Shown in pieces: positions 21,549-31,807 of a stretch of 64,000 bases of DNA (position 1 is its first letter; every line of letters begins with the position of its first letter). Source of the DNA: an uncultured Gemmatimonadales bacterium (GTDB taxonomy: Bacteria; Gemmatimonadota; Gemmatimonadetes; Longimicrobiales; RSA9); the NCBI GenBank assembly GCA_963783305.1, contig CAWAMW010000006.1:136490-200489 (forward strand). The letters run 5' to 3'. Under the pieces are notes generated by a model. That model was not told the origin of the DNA, ran no database searches, and saw nothing but the letters and a program-made list of their open reading frames with translations. Made by a program: the position numbers and the translations under genes.

Positions 21549-23084
21549 ATGGCCCTGAACATCTCGATCCGGACAGACGACGCGGCGTCCCTCCGCACAC
21601 CGCTTCTCGTCCTCCAGCATTTCCAGGACGATGCCGAGCCGAAAGGCGCGGCGTCGGCCGTCGACGAGGCGCTGGACGGTCTCCTGGGCCGGCTCATGAG
21701 CCGGTCCGACTTCCGTGGCAGGCAGGGAGAAACCGTGGTGGTGTTCCCGGAGGACGCCGGGTTCCCGGCCGAGCGGATCCTCTTGGTGGGGATCGGCCCG
21801 CGGGCCGAGTACTCCATGCAGGGGCTCCGCAAGGCGGTGGGCGCGGCGGTGCGGGAGGCCGAGCGGCTGCGGGTGAACGAGATGGCGGTGGCCCTCGGAC
21901 ACATCGAGCGGAAGAGCGAGCACATGGGCCCCCACTACGCTGCTCGCGGCGCGGTGGAGGGCGCCGTGCTGGCCGCCTGGGACTACCGCGACCTGAAGAC
22001 AGAGCTGGGTCGGGGCCCGGACGAGGACCCGGTGGTGCGTCTGAAGAGTGTGACCATCCTCGCCGGGAGCGAGGATGAAGCGGAGGAGATGCGGTCCGGC
22101 GCCGATGTGGGCCGGATCGTGGCCGAGGGTGAGAACCTGGCGCGGGAGCTCGCGTCGAAGCCCGGCAACATCGCCACGCCGTCGCACCTGGCGGAGGTGG
22201 CGCGGGCGATCGCCGAGGAGGGCGGGATGGAGATCACCGTCTTCGACCGTGCGGCCATGGAGAAGGAAGGGTTTGGCGGCATCCTGGGGGTGGCCGCGGG
22301 GAGCGACGAGGAGCCGCGATTCATCATTCTGGAGTACCGGGGCGGTGCGGCGGACGAGCGCCCGGTGGCGCTGGTCGGGAAGGGTGTGACCTTCGACTCG
22401 GGGGGCATCTCCATCAAGCCGGCGCAGAAGATGGAGGAGATGAAGTACGACATGTCGGGCGCCGCCGCGGTGCTGGGCGCCATGCAGGCCGTGGCGCGGC
22501 TGCGTCCGCGGATCAACGTGGTGGCGCTGGTACCCGCTACGGAGAACCTGCCGTCCTCTCGAGCGGTGAAGCCGGGTGACGTCCTGACGATGTACTCCGG
22601 CAAGACGGTGGAGATCATCAACACGGATGCGGAGGGCCGGTTGATCCTGGCGGATGCGCTGGCGTACGCCCAGCGTTTCGAGCCGGTGGCCATGGTCGAT
22701 GCGGCCACGCTCACGGGCGCGGTGGTCATCGGCCTGGGGCACGAGGCCGTGGGGCTGATGGGCAACGACGGCCGTCTCATGGACGAGGTGCGTGCGGTGG
22801 GCGAGCGCACCGGCGAGCGGTGCTGGCCGCTCCCGCTGTGGGACGACTACCGCAAGCAGATCAAGAGCGACGTGGCCGACATCAAGAACTCCGGAGGCCG
22901 ACCGGCGGGGAGCATCACCGCCGGCTGGTTCCTGAAGGAGTTCGTGGGGGACGTGCCGTGGGCCCACCTCGACATCGCCGGGACCGCCTACAGGGACGAG
23001 CCGGCGTCGTATCTCAGGAAGGGTCCGACCGGCGTTCCCACTCGCCTGTTCATCGAATGGATCCGGGATCGCGCAAGCCGGTGA
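21549..23084 (+). CDS. pepA: leucyl aminopeptidase (M17)
   Basis: GKGVTFDSGG, MKYDMSG, NTDAEGRL, HLDIAG. Confidence 0.95.
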   Translation: MALNISIRTDDAASLRTPLLVLQHFQDDAEPKGAASAVDEALDGLLGRLMSRSDFRGRQGETVVVFPEDAGFPAERILLVGIGPRAEYSMQGLRKAVGAAVREAERLRVNEMAVALGHIERKSEHMGPHYAARGAVEGAVLAAWDYRDLKTELGRGPDEDPVVRLKSVTILAGSEDEAEEMRSGADVGRIVAEGENLARELASKPGNIATPSHLAEVARAIAEEGGMEITVFDRAAMEKEGFGGILGVAAGSDEEPRFIILEYRGGAADERPVALVGKGVTFDSGGISIKPAQKMEEMKYDMSGAAAVLGAMQAVARLRPRINVVALVPATENLPSSRAVKPGDVLTMYSGKTVEIINTDAEGRLILADALAYAQRFEPVAMVDAATLTGAVVIGLGHEAVGLMGNDGRLMDEVRAVGERTGERCWPLPLWDDYRKQIKSDVADIKNSGGRPAGSITAGWFLKEFVGDVPWAHLDIAGTAYRDEPASYLRKGPTGVPTRLFIEWIRDRASR

Positions 23085-24979
23085 TGACCCGCCGACCTCG
23101 CTGGCGCCCCCGACCCCGATCGCTGAGGTCGGGGGCGTTTTGCATTCTCGCGTGGACGGCACTCGGCGCGTTCCTCCCCACCGCGGCGGCCACGCAGGAG
23201 CCGGACACCGTCTCCGTCGAGGCTGTGCCCCCGCGGCCGCCCACGCTCCCGACCTTGCCCCGGGACACCGCGGCGGTGCTCACGGGCGACACCGTGGGCA
23301 CGGACACGCTTCCGCCGCCGCCGCCGCCCACGCTCCCGGCCATGCCGCGTATCGGACCCTCCAGCCCCGCGCGGGGGGTGTGGGAATGGGACCGGGAGGC
23401 GCTCCGGCGGCTTCCCGCCCTGTCGCTCCTGCACCTGCTCGAGCGCCTGCCGGGCGTGGTGCCCGTCCGGGCCGACCTCGTAAACCAGGCGGAAGGCGCC
23501 AGCATCTTCGGCGCGACGACCGGTGCCGTCCGCTACGTAGTGGACGGCTTCGAGCTCGACCCGTTGTCCGGTCCGACGTTCGACCCTTCACGGCTCGCGC
23601 TCCTCGGGCTCGAGTACGTGCGGATCGAGCGGCGAGTGACGGGCGCTACGGTGTACGTGCAGACGCTGTCGCCGACAGAGCCCAGTCCCCGGACCATCAT
23701 CGAGGCCGGCGCCGGTGACTACGACGTGCAGCTGTTCCGCGGGATGTTCCTGGCTCCGAGCGTCCTGGGCGGGCCCCTGGCCCTCGGCTTCGAGCGCCTC
23801 GCCGCCGATGGAGCCATTGGCGGTACATCGAACCACACGGCGGGGTGGGCCAAATGGAGCTGGGTCCGGGACTCGTCCGGGCTCCAACTCGAGTACCGCC
23901 AGAGCGACATCGAGCGCAGCGGGGTGGGGGAGGGGCTGGCCGGAGTCCGACGCGACTGGATCGTCCGGGGACGTGCGCAGCGCGGCCCCGTGACGGGAGA
24001 GATCTACGCGGGTGCGTCGCGGGTGGAGGATGAGCGCGGGGAGGTGGTCGTGCGGGAGGGCACGCCCCACGGGGGATTCCGCCTCCGCAGCACGCTGAGC
24101 GCGCCCGTCCCCATCGAGGCAAGGACCGCCCTGCGGTTCCGGGACCACCCGAGGCTTCCCTTTGGTGATTTCGAGCTCGCGGTGAGGGCGCTGCCGCTCC
24201 CGCGCCTGGAAGTGGAGGTGGAGGCGGCGAGACAGATATGGGACGAGGGCGCCGGTACCGGAAGCTGGACCGCGCGCGCCCAGGCCGGGCCGCTGGTGGG
24301 TGTTACGCTGTTCTCGGAGGTCTTCGGCGGCGCGCCGCTGCTGGACGGCGGCTTCACGCTGCGAGTTCCCATCCTCTCCGGCGAGCCGCTCCAGGTGCGT
24401 CGGGAGGGGGTCCGGGCCGGCGCGGAGCTGCGGTGGCGTGGAGGCTCCGTGCTTGCGGCCGGCCTCAGGACCACGGCGGACCCGGTTCCGGGCTTTGGTC
24501 TGGCCTTCGAACCGTCGTTCCCGATCCTTGCGGGGGGTGAGGCGACGGGATACGAGGTCATCGCACGGCTTCCCACGGGTTGGGACCCGCTGAGCATCCA
24601 GGGGTGGTACGTGGGGCTGGACGCGCCGGAGCCGTGGCTGTACCAGCCCGCGCATCACTGGCGGGCGGGCCTGATCTACCACGATCTTCCGCTACCGAGT
24701 GGCAACCTGGAGATCTTCTGGCGGCTGGAGCATGTGTTCCGGGGTCGCATGACGGTCCCGGGCGTGCCGGCGGAGGGGACGGACCCGTCGGCGCTCTCGC
24801 TGGCCGAGGTCGGCGCCGTCAGGGAAACCAATCTGGAGCTGGCCATCCGCGTCATCAGCCTGCAGGCCTTCGTGCGGTGGGACAACATCATGAACCGCCG
24901 GGGCCAGCGGGACCTCGTGCAGCTCGAGCGGCCGGGACAACGGATCCTGTACGGCGTGAAGTGGGAGTTCGTGAATTGA
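23084..24979 (+). CDS. exported protein with TonB-plug-like domain and putative outer-membrane beta-barrel
   Basis: Signal peptide, LLERLPGV...YVVDG plug-like pattern, C-terminal YGVKWEF beta-signal-like end. Confidence 0.65.
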   Translation: MTRRPRWRPRPRSLRSGAFCILAWTALGAFLPTAAATQEPDTVSVEAVPPRPPTLPTLPRDTAAVLTGDTVGTDTLPPPPPPTLPAMPRIGPSSPARGVWEWDREALRRLPALSLLHLLERLPGVVPVRADLVNQAEGASIFGATTGAVRYVVDGFELDPLSGPTFDPSRLALLGLEYVRIERRVTGATVYVQTLSPTEPSPRTIIEAGAGDYDVQLFRGMFLAPSVLGGPLALGFERLAADGAIGGTSNHTAGWAKWSWVRDSSGLQLEYRQSDIERSGVGEGLAGVRRDWIVRGRAQRGPVTGEIYAGASRVEDERGEVVVREGTPHGGFRLRSTLSAPVPIEARTALRFRDHPRLPFGDFELAVRALPLPRLEVEVEAARQIWDEGAGTGSWTARAQAGPLVGVTLFSEVFGGAPLLDGGFTLRVPILSGEPLQVRREGVRAGAELRWRGGSVLAAGLRTTADPVPGFGLAFEPSFPILAGGEATGYEVIARLPTGWDPLSIQGWYVGLDAPEPWLYQPAHHWRAGLIYHDLPLPSGNLEIFWRLEHVFRGRMTVPGVPAEGTDPSALSLAEVGAVRETNLELAIRVISLQAFVRWDNIMNRRGQRDLVQLERPGQRILYGVKWEFVN

Positions 24980-25037
24980 TGGCGCAGACGCGGGCGTGCC
25001 TTTCGCACCACTCCCCGGGCTCCTAGCTTCTCCCTCC

Positions 25038-25922
25038 ATGATTCGAAGCATGACGGGATTCGGCGATGCGGAGGCGGAGACCACGGTGGGTGTTCTCCGT
25101 ACGGAGATCCGCACCGTAAACCACCGGTTCTTCAGCCTGAATGTACGGAGCCCGGCCGCGCTCGACCGCTACGAGCCCCGCATCAAGGAATGGCTCAAGG
25201 ACCAGCTGAGCCGGGGTCACATCAATATTACGTATCGTCTGGAGGGGCAGGACGCGGAAACGGGCCCGGCACTGGCGCTCGACACGCACCGGGCGCGGCA
25301 GTATGTCCGGGTCTTCCGGCAGCTGGGTGAGGAGCTCGGGGTGCCGGGGGAGGTCACGCTCGAGATGCTGACGCGTCAGGCGGACCTGGTCGTGCGAGAG
25401 CCGCTCGAGGCCCAGGAGGTGCCCGAGGAGACGGTGCGGGCGGTGACCGAGGAAGCGGCGCGGGCGGTGGTGGCAATGCGGGAACAGGAAGGGCGGAGCC
25501 TTCGCGCCGACCTGGAGGAGCGGCTGGCGGCCATCGCGGAAGCGGTGGCGGCCATAGCGGAGCTGGCGCCCGACCGCCTGGACCGGGAGCGAGCCCGGCT
25601 GCGCCGATCGGTGGCGGAGCTCGCGGGCGATGCGGGCGTGGACGACGACCGGATCGCCCGGGAGATCGCCGTCCTCGCCGATCGGTGGGACATCAGTGAG
25701 GAAGTGGTGCGACTGCGGAGCCACATCGAGCATTTCCGGGGGATGCTCGACGAGGATTCGGCCGAGCCGGTGGGGAAGCGCCTCAGCTTCCTCGTGCAGG
25801 AGATGCATCGTGAGGCCAACACGATCGGGTCGAAGGCGAACGACGCGACCATCGAGCACCGGGTGGTGTCGATCAAGAACGAGATCGAGCGGCTGCGCGA
25901 GCAGGTGGAGAACGTCGAGTGA
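25038..25922 (+). CDS. yicC: YicC/YloC family endoribonuclease
   Basis: MIRSMTGFG, DISEEVVRL, QEMHREANTIGSK, REQVENVE. Confidence 0.93.
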   Translation: MIRSMTGFGDAEAETTVGVLRTEIRTVNHRFFSLNVRSPAALDRYEPRIKEWLKDQLSRGHINITYRLEGQDAETGPALALDTHRARQYVRVFRQLGEELGVPGEVTLEMLTRQADLVVREPLEAQEVPEETVRAVTEEAARAVVAMREQEGRSLRADLEERLAAIAEAVAAIAELAPDRLDRERARLRRSVAELAGDAGVDDDRIAREIAVLADRWDISEEVVRLRSHIEHFRGMLDEDSAEPVGKRLSFLVQEMHREANTIGSKANDATIEHRVVSIKNEIERLREQVENVE

Positions 25923-26569
25923 GCTTCTCCCGACCCGCTTTCCCCGTGGTACTCGCCGCCCCGAGCGGCGCCGGAAAGACCACGCTCGCCCGCATGCTGG
26001 TCGATCGGAACGAGAACATGGTCTTCTCCATCTCCGCCACCACGCGCGCGGCTCGGCCGCGGGAGCAGGATGGCAGGGACTACCACTTCGTCGACGACGA
26101 CACCTTCGCGCGCATGATCGAGCGCAACGAGCTGGCGGAGTGGGCGGTGGTGCACGGTCGCCGCTACGGCACGCCCCGGCGAGAGATCACGTCCGCCATC
26201 GAGCGCGGCCGGACCGTTGTCCTCGACATCGACGTGCAGGGGGCGAGGCAGGTGCACAGGATGTTCCCCGATGCGCTCCTGATCTTCGTCCTGCCCCCTT
26301 CCGCCGATGAGCTCTATCGGCGGCTTTCCGATCGCGCCAGCGAGGACCCGAAGGAGCGGGGCCGGCGGCTCAGAAATGCGTGCCGTGAGCTCGAGGCGAT
26401 ACCGGAGTTCGACTACGTGATCGTGAACGACGACCTGGACCGGGCCTACCAGCGGATGGAGGGCATCGTGGCCGCGGAGTGGTCGCGGGTGAGCCGGATC
26501 CGGGACCTGCAGGAGTACGCCCGGTCGCTGCGCACGGACCTCGACTCCCTGATCACCGAGGGCGGCTGA
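25919..26569 (+). CDS. gmk: guanylate kinase
   Basis: APSGAGKTT, SATTRAAR, LDIDVQG. Confidence 0.95.
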   Translation: MSFSRPAFPVVLAAPSGAGKTTLARMLVDRNENMVFSISATTRAARPREQDGRDYHFVDDDTFARMIERNELAEWAVVHGRRYGTPRREITSAIERGRTVVLDIDVQGARQVHRMFPDALLIFVLPPSADELYRRLSDRASEDPKERGRRLRNACRELEAIPEFDYVIVNDDLDRAYQRMEGIVAAEWSRVSRIRDLQEYARSLRTDLDSLITEGG

Positions 26570-26606
26570 CTCCACCGGAGTGTGGAGAGCGGCGGGTGGT
26601 CACGGA

Positions 26607-26636
26607 TTGACCCCGACCCCCCGCTCCCTTTACCTT
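26607..26636 (+). promoter_or_regulatory. putative sigma70 promoter for rpoZ-coaBC
   Basis: TTGACC-18nt-TACCTT. Confidence 0.45.
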
Positions 26637-26674
26637 TCCCGGTCTCGGCACGAACTACCCAAGCGAAGGAAGCC

Positions 26675-26890
26675 ATGCGAGTCGTTACCCCCGCACAAAC
26701 CTCGGAGCACACGGGCAGCAAGTACCTCGGCGTCCTCGTGGCCGCCAAGTATGCGCGCGAGCTCAATGCGCTCCCGCGGGAGACCATGCCCACCGGCATC
26801 GGCAAGAAACTGACGACTCGGGCGGTGGAGACTCTGGCGGCCGGCGGGATCGAGTTCCGCCTGATCGCGCGCCGCAAGGTCGGCGGCTGA
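26675..26890 (+). CDS. rpoZ: RNA polymerase omega subunit
   Basis: SKYLGVLVAAKYAREL; gmk-rpoZ-coaBC synteny. Confidence 0.85.
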   Translation: MRVVTPAQTSEHTGSKYLGVLVAAKYARELNALPRETMPTGIGKKLTTRAVETLAAGGIEFRLIARRKVGG

Positions 26891-26903
26891 CCGGAGCGGG
26901 GGA

Positions 26904-28145
26904 ATGGGCAGCCCGAAGCCGGGCGGAGCGGCGGTGCGCCGGCCCTGGGCCGGCTCGCGGGTGCTCCTCGGCGTCACGGGCGGGATCGCCGCGTACAAGG
27001 TCGTCCAGGTCGCCCGTGACCTGACGCAGCTGGGGGCTGAGGTCGACGTCGTCATGACGCGCTCGGCTCGTTCGTTCGTGGGCGCCGTCTCATTCGAGGG
27101 TGTCAGCGGACGTCCCGTCCTGTCCGAGATCCTGGAGCCCGGCCGCGCCCTCGACCACATCCGGCTGGCCCGCGAAGCCAATGTGGTCTGTGTGGCGCCG
27201 GCCACGGCCGACTTCATCGCACGCGCAGCCCACGGTCGCTCCGACGACCTGCTGGACGCTATCCTGCTGGCCACGCGCGTGCCGGTGCTGGTGTGTCCCG
27301 CCATGAACGACGCCATGTGGTCGCACCCGGCTACGGTAGCGAACACAAAGCGGATCCAGGAGCTCGGATACCGGCTCGTGGGCCCCGCCGAGGGGGCCCT
27401 GGCCGCAGGGGAGGGAAGCGGTCCCGGCCGGATGGAGGAGCCGTCGGCGATCGTCCAGCACATCGGCCGCGCCCTCACAGGCTTTACGCGTTTCACCGGC
27501 CGCCGGGTGGTGGTCACGGCTGGCCCCACGCGTGAAGCGGTGGACCCGGTGCGGTTCCTGTCGAACCGGTCGAGCGGCCGCATGGGATTCGCGCTGGCTG
27601 CCGCGGCATGGCGGCGGGGCGCGGACGTGGCGCTGGTGGCCGGCCCCACGCAGGTGGCACCCCCGCCAGGGCCGCGAGTGCACTCCGTTGAGTCCGCGGA
27701 ATCCATGAAGGATGCGGTGGAGCGGCTCGTGACGGACGCCGACCTGCTGGTGATGGCGGCGGCCATCGCGGATTTCCGGCCCACCTCACCACCGGAGTCG
27801 AAGATCAAGAAGGAGTCGGCCCCCGAGTCGCTGGCGCTGGAGCCGGCGCCGGACGTGCTGCGGGAGACTGCATCCTCTCGGCCGAGCGGGTGCCTGGTGA
27901 TCGGCTTCGCCCTGGAGACGGATGACGGCGACGCGAACGCGCGGCGGAAGCTGAACTCCAAGGGAATGGACCTCGTGGTGCTGAACGAGACCGGGCCGGA
28001 GTCCGGGTTCGACGCGGAGACCAACCGGGTGACGCTCATCGAGCGGGGTGGGGAGTCGGAAATCCTCCCGCTCCTGAGCAAGGACGAGGTTGCGGAGCGG
28101 ATCCTCGATCGGATCGAGCGCCGGATGCCGCATCGGGACGAGTAG
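26904..28145 (+). CDS. coaBC: phosphopantothenoylcysteine decarboxylase/ligase
   Basis: GVTGGIAAYK, PAMN, TAGPTREAVDPVRFLSNRSSGRMG, GFALET. Confidence 0.95.
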   Translation: MGSPKPGGAAVRRPWAGSRVLLGVTGGIAAYKVVQVARDLTQLGAEVDVVMTRSARSFVGAVSFEGVSGRPVLSEILEPGRALDHIRLAREANVVCVAPATADFIARAAHGRSDDLLDAILLATRVPVLVCPAMNDAMWSHPATVANTKRIQELGYRLVGPAEGALAAGEGSGPGRMEEPSAIVQHIGRALTGFTRFTGRRVVVTAGPTREAVDPVRFLSNRSSGRMGFALAAAAWRRGADVALVAGPTQVAPPPGPRVHSVESAESMKDAVERLVTDADLLVMAAAIADFRPTSPPESKIKKESAPESLALEPAPDVLRETASSRPSGCLVIGFALETDDGDANARRKLNSKGMDLVVLNETGPESGFDAETNRVTLIERGGESEILPLLSKDEVAERILDRIERRMPHRDE

Positions 28146-28146
28146 G

Positions 28147-28839
28147 GTGGGGCCACGGGAGGACCGGAGGGAGCAGGTGGCGGCGCTGCTGCGGGGGCTC
28201 CGCGAGCACGGCGTCGATCGGCTTTTTCTGGACCGACTCACAGCGGCGGATGCGCGGCGCCTGCTGAGCGGAGCGGGAGCCGGCGGTGGTGTGCTCGACG
28301 TGGTGCGGGCCGAGGCCACGGGGTGCGTGAAGTGTCGGCTGGCGCAGGGTCGAAAGCAGGTGGTGTTCGGTCGCGGGAGCGAAACGGCGCGGCTGGTGGT
28401 GGTCGGCGAAGCGCCGGGGAGTGAGGAGGACCGAACGGGGTTGCCGTTCGTGGGTCCCGCTGGCAAGCTACTGGATCTCCTCCTGCTCTCTGTCGGTTTC
28501 GACCGCGAGAGCGTGTACATCTGCAACGTCATCAAGTGCCGTCCGCCGAACAACCGTGACCCGCAGGCCGACGAAGTGGCGACCTGCTCGCCGTACCTGC
28601 ACGCCCAGTTGGACGCGATCCAGCCGCGGGCGCTCCTGGCGGTCGGAAGGTTCGCCGCGCAGATGCTCACGGGGAGCGAGGCCGGGATCGGTCAGCTTCG
28701 GGGCCGGCCGCACGAGTACCGCGGCATCCCGGTGGTGGCCACGTACCACCCGGCGTACCTGCTCCGCAGCCCCGATGCGACACGAAAGAGCTGGCAGGAC
28801 CTGCAACTCATGAGACAGGTGATGGATGAGCACGTCTGA
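28147..28839 (+). CDS. uracil-DNA glycosylase family 4
   Basis: CxxCxL Fe-S cysteines, GEAPG, FVGPAG, KCRPP, TYHPAYLL. Confidence 0.92.
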   Translation: MGPREDRREQVAALLRGLREHGVDRLFLDRLTAADARRLLSGAGAGGGVLDVVRAEATGCVKCRLAQGRKQVVFGRGSETARLVVVGEAPGSEEDRTGLPFVGPAGKLLDLLLLSVGFDRESVYICNVIKCRPPNNRDPQADEVATCSPYLHAQLDAIQPRALLAVGRFAAQMLTGSEAGIGQLRGRPHEYRGIPVVATYHPAYLLRSPDATRKSWQDLQLMRQVMDEHV

Positions 28840-30217
28840 GGCCCACGTCGTTTCGATCCGGGCGCCCGACCGCCAGCCGCCGTACGCGGCGGAAGCGGAG
28901 GTCAGCGTGCTCGGTGGGATGCTCATCGACAACGACGCGGTCGCGAAGGCCGTGGAGATCGTCGATGACTCCATGTTCTACCGCGAGGGCCACCGTCGGA
29001 TCTATCGCGCCATGGCCCGGCTCTTCCAGCGCGGCGAGGTGGTGGACCCCACCACCCTGGCCGAGGATCTGAAGAAGACCGACGAGCTGGAGCAGGCGGG
29101 CGGTCTCGCCTACCTGGCCGAGCTCCTGGACGCGGTCCCGACGGCCGCGAACATCGAGTACCACGCCCGCATCGTGCGGGAGCGGGCGCTCATGCGTCGT
29201 CTCATCGAGGCCTCCTCCGGCATCATCCAGGACGTCTACGAGCCGGGCGAGCGGTCGGTGGACGAGCTCCTCGACTCCGCCGAGCACGCCATCTTCCAGG
29301 TCGCGCAGTCCCACGAGCGCGAGGGGTTCGTCTGGATCAAGAAGATCCTCTACCCCACCTTCGAACGGATCGAGCAGCTGCAGGCGTCGCAGGGCGGCGT
29401 GACCGGCGTGGGCACCGGCTTCACCGACCTCGACAACATGACCGGCGGGTTCCAGAAGGGGGAGCTCACCATCCTCGCCGCCCGGCCTTCCATGGGGAAG
29501 ACGGCGCTCGTAGTCTCACTCCTCCTTCACGCCGCCATCAGCAAGCAGACGCCCGTCGCGCTCTTCTCGCTGGAAATGTCGAAGGAGCAGCTCGTGCAGC
29601 GGATGCTCTGCTCCGAGGCGCTCGTGGACCTGGGCCGGCTCCTGCGCGGCCGCCTCACGGACGACGACTACGTCCGACTCGCCCAGGCCGCCGGTCACCT
29701 CAACACCGCACCGATCTGGATCGACGACTCGGGCATGCTGAGTGCCCTCGAGATGCGCGGGAAGGCGCGGCGACTCAAGGCCGAGCAGCCGAACCTGGGC
29801 ATGATCATCGTCGACTACCTCCAGCTCATGCACGGCGGCGGGCGCCAGGCCGAGAACCGTCAGCAGGAGGTGAGCGAGATCAGCCGCAACCTCAAGGCCA
29901 TCGCCAAGGAGCTCGAGGTCCCCGTGATCGCGCTCTCCCAGCTCTCCCGCGCGCCTGAGCAGCGCACCGACCACCGGCCGCAACTCTCCGACCTCAGAGA
30001 GTCCGGTTCGATCGAGCAGGATGCCGATCTGGTCATGTTCCTCTACCGTCCGGAGTACTATCTCTCCGACATGGAGGCGCAGGAGCAGGGGCTCGCCGGC
30101 AAGGCCGAGCTGATCATCAGCAAACAGCGGAACGGCCCGACCGGCACGGTCGAGCTCTTCTTTCGGAAGGAGAGCACCCGCTTCGAGTCGTTCACACCCA
30201 CTGAGCGCATGGGGTGA
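28826..30217 (+). CDS. dnaB: replicative DNA helicase
   Basis: AARPSMGKT, FSLEMS, IVDYLQL, LSQLSR, DLRESGSIEQDAD, KQRNGPTG; no intein. Confidence 0.97.
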   Translation: MSTSEAHVVSIRAPDRQPPYAAEAEVSVLGGMLIDNDAVAKAVEIVDDSMFYREGHRRIYRAMARLFQRGEVVDPTTLAEDLKKTDELEQAGGLAYLAELLDAVPTAANIEYHARIVRERALMRRLIEASSGIIQDVYEPGERSVDELLDSAEHAIFQVAQSHEREGFVWIKKILYPTFERIEQLQASQGGVTGVGTGFTDLDNMTGGFQKGELTILAARPSMGKTALVVSLLLHAAISKQTPVALFSLEMSKEQLVQRMLCSEALVDLGRLLRGRLTDDDYVRLAQAAGHLNTAPIWIDDSGMLSALEMRGKARRLKAEQPNLGMIIVDYLQLMHGGGRQAENRQQEVSEISRNLKAIAKELEVPVIALSQLSRAPEQRTDHRPQLSDLRESGSIEQDADLVMFLYRPEYYLSDMEAQEQGLAGKAELIISKQRNGPTGTVELFFRKESTRFESFTPTERMG

Positions 30218-30432
30218 ACGGAATACGGAATTCACAGACGGAACACGGCCCACGGAATACCACCCATCCCTTCGCCTGCCATGTTCTACCGGCTCCCTGG
30301 TTCGCTGGCCTCCTTCCCGTCAACGATCATGCATTCCCGTTTCGCCGTTCACCGTTCTCTGTTCTCTGTTCTCTGTTCTCTGTTAACTGTTCTCTGTTAA
30401 CTGTTCTCTGTTAACCGTTCTCCGTTAACCGT
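30217..30432. repeat. inverted heptamer repeat tracts (ACGGAAY-like left; TGTTCTC/TGTTAAC/CGTTAAC right)
   Basis: About 12 heptamers at ~30345-30432; degenerate complementary heptamers at ~30217-30260. Confidence 0.8.
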
Positions 30433-30439
30433 CGTTGAC

Positions 30440-31807
30440 ATGGCCAAGACCAAAGTCGCGTTTTTCTGTACGGAGTGCGGGAACGAAACCGCACGCTGGC
30501 AGGGGCAGTGCCCGGCGTGCGGGGAGTGGAATTCGCTGGTGGAGGAGCTCAAGCCGAAGAAGAAGGTGAAATCGGGGGGGGTGGGCGGCGGGGGCGCGGT
30601 GGCGCGAGCCTCCGGGACGGCTCGTCCGACGCGACTCAGCAGCGTCGACCGGGACGCGACCGAGCGGTGGTCCACGGGGATGCGGGAACTTGATTTCGTC
30701 CTCGGGGGTGGCGTGGTGCCGGGCTCGCTCATTCTGCTGGGCGGGGAGCCGGGGATAGGCAAGAGCACCATCCTGCTGCAGGTGGCGGCTCGGCTGGAGG
30801 TGGGGGGACATGCCACGCTGTACGTCTCGGGGGAGGAGTCCGCGGCGCAGGTCCGGATGCGGGCGGACCGGCTGGGTGGTGGCGCCGGTGACGTCGTCTT
30901 CCTGGGCGAGACGGAGCTGGGGCAGATGCTGGCTCGCGCGGCGGAGGAGGAGCCCTCGGTGCTGGTGGTGGACTCGATCCAGACCATGTACACGGACGAG
31001 ATCGACGGGGCGCCGGGGAACGTCAGCCAGGTGCGGGAGTGCGCGGCGCGTCTCCAGCGATTCGCGAAGGAAACGGGGACGGCGGTGTTCCTGGTGGGCC
31101 ACGTGACGAAGGGTGGTACGGTTGCGGGCCCACGCACCCTGGAGCATATCGTGGACACGGTGCTGTACTTCGAGGGTAGCCGTTCTCTGGATCACCGGAT
31201 CCTGCGTGCCAACAAGAACCGGTTCGGTGGCGTGGACGAGATCGGGGTTTTCCGCATGACCGTGGAGGGTCTGGAAGCGGTGGAGAGCCCGTCGGAGCTC
31301 TTCCTGGGTGAGCGGGCGGAGGGGGTGAGCGGTGCGGCTGTGGTCTCCACGCTGGAGGGTACGCGGCCTCTTCTGGTGGAGGTCCAGGCGCTCACGTCGA
31401 AATCTTCGTACGGTGCGCCGCAACGGGTGACGACGGGGTTCGACCGGCAGCGGCTGGCGCTTCTCCTTGCCGTGCTCGAGAAGCGCGCCGGGGTGACCTT
31501 CGGAGATCAGGACGTGTTCCTGAACGCGGTGGGCGGAGTGCGGCTGACGGAGCCGGCGTCGGACGCGGGCGTGGTGGCGGCGCTGGTGAGCGGACGACTG
31601 GATCGTGCCATCGCCAGCGACGCGGTCTTCGTGGGGGAGGTGGGGTTGGGAGGGGAACTGCGGACGGTGAGCCAGCTGGAGCGCCGGCTGGCGGAGGCGG
31701 AGCGGCTGGGGTTCCGCACCGCGTACGTCCCGGCGAGGACCCGCGCGGTGGTGGACATGGAGTTGGTGAAGGTAGCGAGCGTGGGTGAGCTACTGGAGGC
31801 GCTGTGA
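30440..31807 (+). CDS. radA: DNA repair protein RadA/Sms
   Basis: C4 zinc finger, GGEPGIGKST, KNRFG, Lon-like C-terminus. Confidence 0.96.
   Translation: MAKTKVAFFCTECGNETARWQGQCPACGEWNSLVEELKPKKKVKSGGVGGGGAVARASGTARPTRLSSVDRDATERWSTGMRELDFVLGGGVVPGSLILLGGEPGIGKSTILLQVAARLEVGGHATLYVSGEESAAQVRMRADRLGGGAGDVVFLGETELGQMLARAAEEEPSVLVVDSIQTMYTDEIDGAPGNVSQVRECAARLQRFAKETGTAVFLVGHVTKGGTVAGPRTLEHIVDTVLYFEGSRSLDHRILRANKNRFGGVDEIGVFRMTVEGLEAVESPSELFLGERAEGVSGAAVVSTLEGTRPLLVEVQALTSKSSYGAPQRVTTGFDRQRLALLLAVLEKRAGVTFGDQDVFLNAVGGVRLTEPASDAGVVAALVSGRLDRAIASDAVFVGEVGLGGELRTVSQLERRLAEAERLGFRTAYVPARTRAVVDMELVKVASVGELLEAL

Noticed and set aside
30214..30414. 66-aa ORF after dnaB
   Set aside because: It is a translation of heptamer repeat DNA, with low-complexity output.
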